This document shows positions 36,065 to 44,065 of a stretch of 64,000 nt of DNA, one piece after another. How positions within the stretch are numbered: the first letter of the stretch is position 1; each line of letters begins with the position of its first letter. The notes beneath the pieces are model-generated. The model was not told where the DNA came from. It saw only the letters and a list, made by a program, of their open reading frames with translations, and searched no databases. Origin of the DNA: an uncultured Acidobacteriota bacterium (GTDB taxonomy: Bacteria; Acidobacteriota; Vicinamibacteria; Vicinamibacterales; UBA2999); assembly GCA_963709325.1 (NCBI GenBank), contig CAVPVV010000003.1, forward strand, positions 1,827,889 through 1,891,888, given 5' to 3'. The position numbers and the translations under genes were made by a program.

Positions 36065-37156
36065 TCATGGAACCGTCGAGAACGCCGGCACGGCCAACCG
36101 CAGGGCGGCGGCGGTCGCCCAGAGCGCCAGCGCCACGAGCGCGAAGCTCGCGAAACGGGGTTGCTGCGTCGAGTAGTGCCGCACCCTGATCTCGCCCACC
36201 GACTCACGATCGATGTCCGCCAGCGCCTTCAGCAGGCTCCCCTCGTCGCGTGCGACGTAGAAGCGGCCGCCGGCCTTCTCCACGACTTCGCGCCAGAGCC
36301 GGTCGGGAATGCCTTCGTTGAAACCCCTGTGATAGTTGGTCCGCACGAAGTACAGCGGGATCCTGTTGTCCGTTGCCGCCTTCAGCACGTCCTCGAGTGG
36401 CCGGCCGTTGACGTAGGCGTTGGTGTCCTCGCCATCGGTGAAGATCACCATCACGTTGCCGGCGGCGTCGAGGAAGTCGAAGGCCTTGAAGATGCCGATG
36501 CTCTGCTCGACGGCGCTGCCGATCACCGTGCCTGGATCGGGGAACCGCGAGAACTCCGCCGGGTCGCCGATGAGCGCCATGCTGAGCAGCAGGTTGTCGT
36601 AATCGCTCGTGAACGGCGTGATCACGTAGGCGCGATTGCCGAATTCGATCAGCGCGATCAGATCCCGATAGCGTCCATTCCGGCGGAGCTCGACGAACCG
36701 CGTTGCCGCGGCGATCGTGGTGAAGAACGCCTGTTGCGTGCCCGCATTGAGCGTCGGCGCATTGAAGTCGGACCTCATGCTGTCCGAGGCGTCGATCATC
36801 AGCGCGATGCGGCGACCGGGATAGGACACCTCCGACGAGACCAGTGACGCGTGCGGATCGGCGAGCGCGACGAGCGCACACGGCAGGCCGATTGCGAAGA
36901 GGGTCGCAGGCACGTCACGCAGCCACGACCAGCGCGCCGCAGGCATCGTCCCCACGAGCGCCGGCAGCACGATTCGCCCTCGCCCGGCCCGGCGAGGCAG
37001 GACCAGACGAAGAACGAGCCGCAGAACGACGGCCGCGGCGAAGCCGATCGCGGCGAGCCGCGCGATGTCTCGATACCAGAACGTGAGGCCGGACACCTCC
37101 AGGGTGGTCCAGTCCGACGCGATCGCTGCGACAAGGGCGCGCACCGCTTCGGTCAC
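36065..37156 (-). CDS. VWA domain membrane protein (BatA-like)
   Basis: GTG at 37154-37156 overlaps the upstream TGA (GTGA). MIDAS motif LMIDASDSMRSD, and ..VMVIFTDGEDT.. Confidence 0.85.
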   Translation of the reverse strand: MTEAVRALVAAIASDWTTLEVSGLTFWYRDIARLAAIGFAAAVVLRLVLRLVLPRRAGRGRIVLPALVGTMPAARWSWLRDVPATLFAIGLPCALVALADPHASLVSSEVSYPGRRIALMIDASDSMRSDFNAPTLNAGTQQAFFTTIAAATRFVELRRNGRYRDLIALIEFGNRAYVITPFTSDYDNLLLSMALIGDPAEFSRFPDPGTVIGSAVEQSIGIFKAFDFLDAAGNVMVIFTDGEDTNAYVNGRPLEDVLKAATDNRIPLYFVRTNYHRGFNEGIPDRLWREVVEKAGGRFYVARDEGSLLKALADIDRESVGEIRVRHYSTQQPRFASFALVALALWATAAALRLAVPAFSTVP

Positions 37157-38412
37157 GATTGCGCGTCTCCTTCTCGCCACGCTCGCTGAGCAGACGGCCT
37201 GGCACGCCAATCCCAGAGGCGTTCGCGCGCGAGCCGCGCCGCTTCGGCGCGGCTCGCCTCGACCGCCCCGCCGAGCGCATCGGCATCCGGCCGAGCCTCG
37301 CCGGAGGCATATCGCGTTGTCGTGAAGACCGTGAGCGCCGACTGCAGAGACTCGAGCCCGGACCGTTTCTGGATTGGCGCGTCAGCGGGAAGCGTGGCAA
37401 TGACTCGCGCGACGTCGGCCGCGGTGGTCGCGCTGGTCACAGCCACACCGGCGCGGCCCGGAATCAGCGATCGCACCGCCAGCCGGCCATCGGCAGGGGC
37501 GGCGCCTGGAGCCAGCGCCTGCTCGCTGACCGGCCGGCCGATGGCTCGGGCCGCGATCACGCGAAGCGCCGCGTGCGCCGCGCTGACGAGCTCGGGCGAC
37601 CACCCACCTGCCGCTTCAGAAGACACGCGCGACAGCGCGTCGGCGGCGGCACCGAGGACGCGCCGATCGGATGCGCGCGGTTGGCCGCGGACTTCGATCC
37701 CACGCGCCCGGGCGACGGCGGCGACCGCCGCGGAAATGGCCAGCACGATGCCCAGTCCGGCGAGCGCGAGCGCGCCGATCTCGAACAGCCGGGCCCGGAA
37801 CTGCAACGCTTCGATCCGCTCGAGCCCGACGTCCGCGCCGTCGCGGATGTCAACGCCGTCCTCGGGCACGAGCGAGAGCACGTGCACCGGCAACCCGGGC
37901 ATCACGTAAGCGAAATCGCGACCGGTCAGCGTCGAGTCTTCCGAGACGCGGCTTTGCACTCGGTAAGTGAACGTCAGGTTCGGAAGCGAGACGTCGTTCC
38001 CGATCGAATCCGCGTCGAGCAGTCGAACGCTGTAGCGGTACTGGAAGAAACGACGCTGACCCGCTCGGGTGTCGCCTGGATGATCGCCGCCGAGCACTTC
38101 GAAGGGCTTCAGCTGAACCGCGGCGACCGTCAGGCGCGATTCGTCCGGCACGACTTGGACCGTGTCGGTCTCAAGCACCGCGCAGGTCAGCCGGACGTCG
38201 AACGGTGCGCCGATCGTCACGGCCCCGGTGCTGGTGCGCCACCAGCAGCGGATTGGCGCGACCTCGACGGCGGCACGGTTCGCAGGGCGCGATGGCCCAG
38301 GCCTCTGCGCTGGTTGGCGGCCCTGCGCGGCAGCCATCGACGGCACGGCCAGCGCGATCGCAATCAGCAATCGCGAGGCGGCGCGCACACAATTCCGACG
38401 TGTCCGCTTCAT
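37153..38412 (-). CDS. BatD-like membrane protein
   Basis: ATG at 38410-38412 with GGGAG upstream. Signal peptide MKRTRRNCVRAASRLLIAIALAVPSMAAAQ, a beta-rich ectodomain, one central TM segment (LFEIGALALAGLGIVLAISAAVAAVA) and an Ala-rich tail. The family call rests on architecture and context. Confidence 0.6.
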   Translation of the reverse strand: MKRTRRNCVRAASRLLIAIALAVPSMAAAQGRQPAQRPGPSRPANRAAVEVAPIRCWWRTSTGAVTIGAPFDVRLTCAVLETDTVQVVPDESRLTVAAVQLKPFEVLGGDHPGDTRAGQRRFFQYRYSVRLLDADSIGNDVSLPNLTFTYRVQSRVSEDSTLTGRDFAYVMPGLPVHVLSLVPEDGVDIRDGADVGLERIEALQFRARLFEIGALALAGLGIVLAISAAVAAVARARGIEVRGQPRASDRRVLGAAADALSRVSSEAAGGWSPELVSAAHAALRVIAARAIGRPVSEQALAPGAAPADGRLAVRSLIPGRAGVAVTSATTAADVARVIATLPADAPIQKRSGLESLQSALTVFTTTRYASGEARPDADALGGAVEASRAEAARLARERLWDWRARPSAQRAWREGDAQS

Positions 38413-38416
38413 CTCC

Positions 38417-39364
38417 CTACCGTGCCGGCTTTCGCAGCCGCCGCTCCGCCACGAATTCGCTGAGCGCCAGGTCATCTTTCTGCGCATCAAGCCCGACTCG
38501 GACGACGTCGAGGTCAGCTTCTCGAGCCGATCGCTCCACGCGCGCCTGCCACTCGCGGACGCGTTCACCCATTGTCGCGAAGGTCTGCCTCGAAACGGTT
38601 CGCCTGCTGCCGGTCTCGGCGTCCTCCACCTCAATCCATCCCGACGACACTTGAGGCATGTCGAAGGCGAAGGCGCTGTCGATCAGGACGATGAACACAT
38701 CGTGAGTGGCGTTCAGGAGCGCGAGGTCGCGAACGACGTCGAACGCGTCGGCGAACAGGAAATCGGAGACGAACGGCACGAGCGAGGTCGTCCGGAACGA
38801 CCCGGCGAGCGTCGTGCTGACGCTGCCGCCGTGCATCACCGGCTCGAGCCCGCGGCGCGAGAGGTATGCGTCCAGGCAGTGGACGACGTGATTGCGGCCG
38901 GCCCGCGGCGCGACACCGGCCAGGTGCGTGAAGTCGCGCTCGAACGTGATCAGTCCGAAGCGGTCCTGGAAGAACGAGGCCGAGAGGCCGATGACCGCCA
39001 GCGCACGCGCGACCGCGGCGGCGATAGCCGTCACATCGCCCCGCCCCTCGCCCGACACCACCCCGCAGCGCGTCGACAGCGACAGGTCCGCAACCGCCAT
39101 CACGGTGACGGTACTCGGCTGGTCGAACTCGCGCACGACCAGCGGAGAGAAATTCGTCAGGGTGGACTGCGGCCAGTCGATCGCCGACAACCGGTCGCCG
39201 GAATGCCAGTCGCGGAGGCCGACGAAGTCGAAGCCGGCGCCCTCGGCGCGGCTGCGGTGCTCGCCCGCCGTCCGTTCCTGCAGGCGGCGCGCCACGATCA
39301 GCTCGATCTTCGTGATCTCGTCGAGATCGACCAGCGACGCCGGTTCAGCGGATCGCCACCTCAT
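38417..39364 (-). CDS. DUF58 domain protein
   Basis: The ATG at 39362-39364 overlaps the MoxR TGA (ATGA). ..FDFVGLRDWHSGDRLSAIDWPQS.. is the DUF58 signature. Confidence 0.85.
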   Translation of the reverse strand: MRWRSAEPASLVDLDEITKIELIVARRLQERTAGEHRSRAEGAGFDFVGLRDWHSGDRLSAIDWPQSTLTNFSPLVVREFDQPSTVTVMAVADLSLSTRCGVVSGEGRGDVTAIAAAVARALAVIGLSASFFQDRFGLITFERDFTHLAGVAPRAGRNHVVHCLDAYLSRRGLEPVMHGGSVSTTLAGSFRTTSLVPFVSDFLFADAFDVVRDLALLNATHDVFIVLIDSAFAFDMPQVSSGWIEVEDAETGSRRTVSRQTFATMGERVREWQARVERSAREADLDVVRVGLDAQKDDLALSEFVAERRLRKPAR

Positions 39365-40404
39365 GGGATCGGCACCTGCTCGACCACGTCGCGAATGACG
39401 TCGTCGGTGGTGAGCCCGTGACTGGCCGCGTGGGGCCCGAGCCAGATGCGGTGCCCGAGTACGTAGGGAGCCAGCGCCTGGATGTCCTCGGGATACACTT
39501 CGGCCCGCTCGCTTTGGAGCAGCGCCCACACTTTTGCGAGCCGGCTCCAGACGATGATCGCACGCGGCGAGGCACCGAGATCCACGCCGCGCTCGACCAG
39601 TTCTGAAGGAGAACGATGCCGCCAGTCGGTGTCCGGATTGTAGGGACGGGTCGCGGCCACGAGGCGCTGAATGTAGCGGGCGAGGCTCGCGTGCAGGAAC
39701 ACGCCGCCGCTGATCGTCGCGCGCAGCTCGATGATCCGCTGCTTGGAGAGAACCGGCCGGAGCCGGACGCGCTTGAAATCGAAGGCGACCAGCTTCTCTT
39801 CTTCCTCCGGCGGCAGGTAGCCGATGTTGATCATCGCGGCGAAGCGATCTGTGGCGGCTTCCGACAGCGGAAACGTGCCCTGCCCGAGCTCGACCGGGTT
39901 CATCGTCGCCATCGCAAAGCTGAAGGCGGGAAGATCGTAGGTCTCCTTGCCGACGGTGATCGAGCGATCCTGCAGCCCTTCGAGGAAGGCGCTCTGCGAC
40001 TTCAGGGGGATGCGGTTGATCTCGTCGAGAAGGATGACTTCGGCCGAGGCCATCGGGCCGAACTCGGTGACGAGTTGACCGGTGGCCGGGTTGATCATCT
40101 GGAACCCTACGACTTCGGTGGGCTGGAGGTCGGCGCGGCCCTGGATGCGCGCGAAGCGGGCGTCGCTGATCGCGGCGAGGATGACCCCGAAGAACGTCTT
40201 GCCGACGCCAGGCACACCGCGGAGGAGCAGGTTGCCGGCGTTCACCTGCCGCTCGGGCCGCTTCTCGTCGTACGTGGTCGGGATCTCGGCGAGGAGAACG
40301 ATGTTGGCGAGCGCCTTGGCGGCTTCGTAGCCGACCAGCGCGCGGCTGCCCTCGGCGATCACGGCGCGATGGAAATCGAGGGCCTCCTGCAGATCCGGGT
40401 GCAT
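39361..40404 (-). CDS. MoxR-family AAA+ ATPase
   Basis: Walker A LLRGVPGVGKT, Walker B VILLDEINR, and ..ATMNPVELGQGTFPLSEAATDRF.. ATG at 40402-40404. Confidence 0.9.
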   Translation of the reverse strand: MHPDLQEALDFHRAVIAEGSRALVGYEAAKALANIVLLAEIPTTYDEKRPERQVNAGNLLLRGVPGVGKTFFGVILAAISDARFARIQGRADLQPTEVVGFQMINPATGQLVTEFGPMASAEVILLDEINRIPLKSQSAFLEGLQDRSITVGKETYDLPAFSFAMATMNPVELGQGTFPLSEAATDRFAAMINIGYLPPEEEEKLVAFDFKRVRLRPVLSKQRIIELRATISGGVFLHASLARYIQRLVAATRPYNPDTDWRHRSPSELVERGVDLGASPRAIIVWSRLAKVWALLQSERAEVYPEDIQALAPYVLGHRIWLGPHAASHGLTTDDVIRDVVEQVPIP

Positions 40405-40459
40405 GTTGCGCGCCCCACGATACACGATTGCCAATATACTCGGCGATGGAGGCAGCACC

Positions 40460-41084
40460 ATGGCGACACCGTCTTGGCACGTCCGCGGGCAGTACTACGA
40501 GACCTGCAATTGCGACTTCGTGTGCCCGTGCGTACCGTGGCAGCTGTCCATCCAGCCGACGAAGGGTTCGTGCATCTTCGCGATGGCGTTCCAGATCGAG
40601 GAGGGTCGCTACGGCAGTGTCGGCCTCGACGGCCTCGGCTTCATCATCGTCGGGTTGACCCCGGCTGAGATGGGCAAAGGGAATTGGTCAGTCGGCGTCG
40701 TCGTGGACGAGCGCGCGACCGGAGAGCAGAGGGATGCGATCGCGGGTATTGCCAGTGGCGCCCGCCGGCGGCCCGATGGCAGCTCTCTCCGGTCTCGTCA
40801 GCACGCTGCTCGGCATTGAATCCTCGGCGATCGAGTTCACGCGATCCGGCCCGTCCTGGTCGGTGAAGGCCGCGCCGCGTGTGCAGATGTCGGCGGCAGG
40901 TGCAGTCGGCCTCAACCCTGCTGCTGCGCCGCTGCAGTTGACTCACACCGGCCATCCCGCGGCCGACACGTTCTCGCTGGCCCGCGCGACCGACAGCCAC
41001 GTCTCGGTGTTCGGCGTCTCCTGGAACGACACCAGCGGCCGGAACAACGGCCAATACGCGCCGTTCTCCTGGCAGAACGCGTAA
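40460..41084 (+). CDS. DUF1326 domain protein (frameshift at about 40758-40770)
   Basis: GGAGG upstream. MATPSWHVRGQYYETCNCDFVCPCV...GNWSVGVVVDERATGEQRDAIAGIASG, then continues in the frame of 40734..41084 (GGPMAALSGLVSTLLGIESSAIEF...). Confidence 0.75.
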
Positions 41085-41093
41085 GTCCGCGCG

Positions 41094-41885
41094 TCAGCGC
41101 ACCAGGATCCACATCGCGAACACGAGGAGCGCGACGCCGGAGAGCGCAGGGGTTCTCTCGCCGAACGGCGCGAACTTCTCAACCAGCACCCAGACTGTGA
41201 GCGCGACGATCACGACCAGGTTCATCACGCCTCCGGCAAAGAGCAGCAACATCATCGCCCAGCAGCAGCCGAGGCAATGAAGGCCGTGGCCGGCCCCGAT
41301 CCGGATCGCGGCCTGCGCATTCCCGGATCCCCAGTGCTGCAGCAAGTACCAGAGCGGCGACCGGCACACGCGCAGGCAAGCGGTCTTGAGCGGCGTCAGC
41401 TGATAGAACCCCGCGCCGGTCAGGACGATCGCGGCTGCCAGGGGCATGGCCGGCTCCATCATCGGGGTCAGGATGAGCCCCGCCGAGAGGAAACGCTGCA
41501 CTGCCGTGGCGCCGATGCTGAAGAGCGCCCACACCAGGACATAGCCCGCGGCCAGGGCATAGATGCGGCGGCCGGTGTGTTCGACGCCGCGGCTCCGCAG
41601 CGCGCCCGCATAAAGCAGGATCAACGGCGCCGCCGACGGCAGCATCATCGCCGTCATCATCACCGCCCACATCGCCCAGAGCAGCAGGAGGTGCGGCGCG
41701 TCCCACGTGGCGGTCATCATCCACGCCGATGGACCGAGCATGCTGCCGTACATGTCGCGGGCCAGCAGCACGATCCACGCCCAGCAGGCGAGCGGTATGA
41801 AGACGATGAGCGATGTGGTGACCCACCGTTCGCGGGCGACGGCAAGCTCGATCAGCGTGCGTGAAGTGCCCGGGGGATCCGGCAT
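41094..41885 (-). CDS. DUF2182 predicted metal-binding membrane protein
   Basis: 263-aa polytopic ORF with ..WAVMMTAMMLPSAAP.. and ..GLHCLGCCWAMMLLLF.. It is the usual genomic partner of DUF1326. Confidence 0.85.
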   Translation of the reverse strand: MPDPPGTSRTLIELAVARERWVTTSLIVFIPLACWAWIVLLARDMYGSMLGPSAWMMTATWDAPHLLLLWAMWAVMMTAMMLPSAAPLILLYAGALRSRGVEHTGRRIYALAAGYVLVWALFSIGATAVQRFLSAGLILTPMMEPAMPLAAAIVLTGAGFYQLTPLKTACLRVCRSPLWYLLQHWGSGNAQAAIRIGAGHGLHCLGCCWAMMLLLFAGGVMNLVVIVALTVWVLVEKFAPFGERTPALSGVALLVFAMWILVR

Positions 41886-41911
41886 CTGAAGTCGCCGCCG
41901 TTGTGCGTCGC

Positions 41912-43081
41912 CTAGGTGGTCGCCTTCATCGATGCGAACAATTCGCTGTGGCGCCGGAGGATGCGCTCCCGCTCCTGGTCGTTCGGCTCCATCGTCCAGA
42001 TGTTGCCCTCTGAGGTGCCGCCGAGGACGATGCCGTCGCGGCGCGGCATCATGTAAAGGAAGCCGCCCGGGCTCTCGAGGTCGATTTTCAGCCCGCCGGT
42101 CGTCGAGTAGTCCACGCCCTCCTGCGGCGCCAGGACGTGCAGCTGCCCCTTCAGCGGCATGATCTCGGTGTCGCCCATCAGATCCTTCGAGCCGAGGCCG
42201 GTGCAGTTGACGATGGCCGGCTCCTCGAGGGTGGCAAGCTGGTCCTTCGAGGCGAAGCGGCGGATCTCGAGGCGTCCGCCGAAGATCATGAAGTCCCGCA
42301 GGAGTGCGTCGAGTGCAACGTTGGGCTCAAAGCGCATCTCACGCCGGTGAACCACGTAGGTCGATCCGAAGTTGTGCTCGCCGGGCCCGAGCACCGTTCG
42401 CTCGCCTTGTACGGATTCGGGCAGGATCGAGATGCCGCCACCCCGCGGTTCGGCGTTCTCGGTCGGCGAGTAGTTGTCCACCCACGACACGCCCATGTTG
42501 GGTTGTGCGAGCAGCTGCCACTGCCGGTAGGAGATCTGGACGGCCTCACGGAACTGCGCTTCCCACTCCGGCGTGCGCTGGCTGAAGTCGAGCAGGCCCG
42601 AGGTCGGCGTGAACGCGGCTTCGGCCATGTTGGAGGTGGTGTCCGGGGGGACGGCGGCGGTGTAGATCGTCGTCCGGATGCCGCGCTTCTGCAGTAGCCG
42701 CGCGCAGGTGATGCCGACGATGCCGCAGCCGAGGACGGCGGCACGCTGATGGCCAGCCTCGCGGACCATGTCGGCGGCCATCGTGCCGGTGCCCCATGAG
42801 AGCGACCAGCCGGCCCCGCCGTGGCCGTAGTTGTGGACGAGGAGCTTCTCACCGAGCTTCTCGGGCCGCAGCATGAAGCCGTGCGGCCGGTGGGGGCGAA
42901 GGCCGACGGTGGTGCGGATGATCAGCTCCGGGGCGACGCGGAGCGGCGTGACCCGGATGCGCCGGCGAGCGGTGTTGCCGGTTGCGGCGGACGCGGGCCG
43001 AGGCGTTCGAGTTGCGCAGCCGCCGAATGCCAAGCCGATGGTCCCAAGCGTGCCGGTCTTGAGCAGGTGCCGTCTGTTCAT
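41912..43081 (-). CDS. D-amino-acid-oxidase-like FAD oxidoreductase with a Tat signal and a circularly permuted segment order
   Basis: MNRRHLLKTGTLGTIGLAF.. The block TVGLRPHRP..LLVHNYGHGGAGWSLSWG is normally C-terminal in DAAO, but here it precedes the dinucleotide motif AAVLGCGIVGITCARLL. Confidence 0.8.
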   Translation of the reverse strand: MNRRHLLKTGTLGTIGLAFGGCATRTPRPASAATGNTARRRIRVTPLRVAPELIIRTTVGLRPHRPHGFMLRPEKLGEKLLVHNYGHGGAGWSLSWGTGTMAADMVREAGHQRAAVLGCGIVGITCARLLQKRGIRTTIYTAAVPPDTTSNMAEAAFTPTSGLLDFSQRTPEWEAQFREAVQISYRQWQLLAQPNMGVSWVDNYSPTENAEPRGGGISILPESVQGERTVLGPGEHNFGSTYVVHRREMRFEPNVALDALLRDFMIFGGRLEIRRFASKDQLATLEEPAIVNCTGLGSKDLMGDTEIMPLKGQLHVLAPQEGVDYSTTGGLKIDLESPGGFLYMMPRRDGIVLGGTSEGNIWTMEPNDQERERILRRHSELFASMKATT

Positions 43082-43123
43082 GCAGGAAGTCCGCGGAGAT
43101 CATCTGCGCAGCGCATCGGCGCG

Positions 43124-44029
43124 TCAAGCGAGTGAGGAGCGAGCGAGCCATCGCAGGGCGCCGTCGCGGCTCTCGATGACGGCAAAGAAGCCGTGGCGCC
43201 GTTCGTCGTTCATCAGTGCGTCGAAGCGACTGCTGAAGCGAACACGGCCAGGCGGACACACGACGCAGAGCCGTATCCCGTAATTGCGGAGTCGCTGCAG
43301 GATGTCGCCGGCGTGGCCGGAGCTGACGTCGAAAAACCCGTCGGTCATGTTCGACGCAGAGAGCACCACGTTTCGCGTGTGATGGGAGAAGCACGCCTCG
43401 ATGATTCGGTTGGCGTCGCCGGGCATGGATAGCAGGCGCTGGTCCGGGACGCCCTCCAGGAACGCAACCCCGGCCTCCTCTACGCGCGTCAATCCCGGAG
43501 TCGCCGTCGCAGCCGCAGGTTCTGCAGCGCGCGCGAACCACCGCTCGTCGGCGAGGACGACCGACTCTTCGACCTGTCGATCCGGAATCGTCCAGTAGCG
43601 GCCGAGCAGCGTCACTTTCTCCTCCGGCGTAACGAGCCGGAAGCCATGCCGCTCGTAGAAGCGGATTGCCCAGGCTGCCGACGTCCAGGTGCCAATCAGG
43701 ATCGGGCGATCGGTGAGCGCGCGCAGGTGCGCAAGGAGCGCGGTGCCGAGCCCGCGGCCCTGCGCTCCGGTCCGGGTGTAGGCATGACGGATCAGGGCCA
43801 CGTCCTTCACCGGCTGGATACCCATGACCGCGTCAATCCGATCGGCTTCGACGGCGGCCCAGAAGCCCACACCCGCGTCCATCTCCGACTCCAGCTCCTC
43901 GAGCGGCATGTACGGGTCGTGCCAGCGGTCGGCGGGGATCACGCCCCGATAGGCTTCGGCGGCGTCGTTGATGACCGCGAAGATCCCGCCGACATCAGCG
44001 GTCGAGCATCGCCGGATCACCATGTTCAT
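43124..44029 (-). CDS. GNAT N-acetyltransferase fused to a DUF4180-like domain
   Basis: N-terminal half has ..IRHAYTRTGAQGRGLGTALLAHL..FYERHGF (GNAT motif A). C-terminal half has ..NRIIEACFSHHTRNVVLSASNMTDGFFDVSSGHAGDILQRLRNYGIRLCVV.. (DUF4180-like). Confidence 0.75.
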   Translation of the reverse strand: MNMVIRRCSTADVGGIFAVINDAAEAYRGVIPADRWHDPYMPLEELESEMDAGVGFWAAVEADRIDAVMGIQPVKDVALIRHAYTRTGAQGRGLGTALLAHLRALTDRPILIGTWTSAAWAIRFYERHGFRLVTPEEKVTLLGRYWTIPDRQVEESVVLADERWFARAAEPAAATATPGLTRVEEAGVAFLEGVPDQRLLSMPGDANRIIEACFSHHTRNVVLSASNMTDGFFDVSSGHAGDILQRLRNYGIRLCVVCPPGRVRFSSRFDALMNDERRHGFFAVIESRDGALRWLARSSLA

Positions 44030-44037
44030 CCATTGAG

Positions 44038-44065
44038 CCTTCGTGCTCTTCGCGTCCTTCGTGTT
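44038..44065. repeat. CCTTCGTG-family repeat copy
   Basis: ccttcgtgctcttcgcgtccttcgtg matches 16739-16764 at 24 of 26 positions. Confidence 0.8.
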
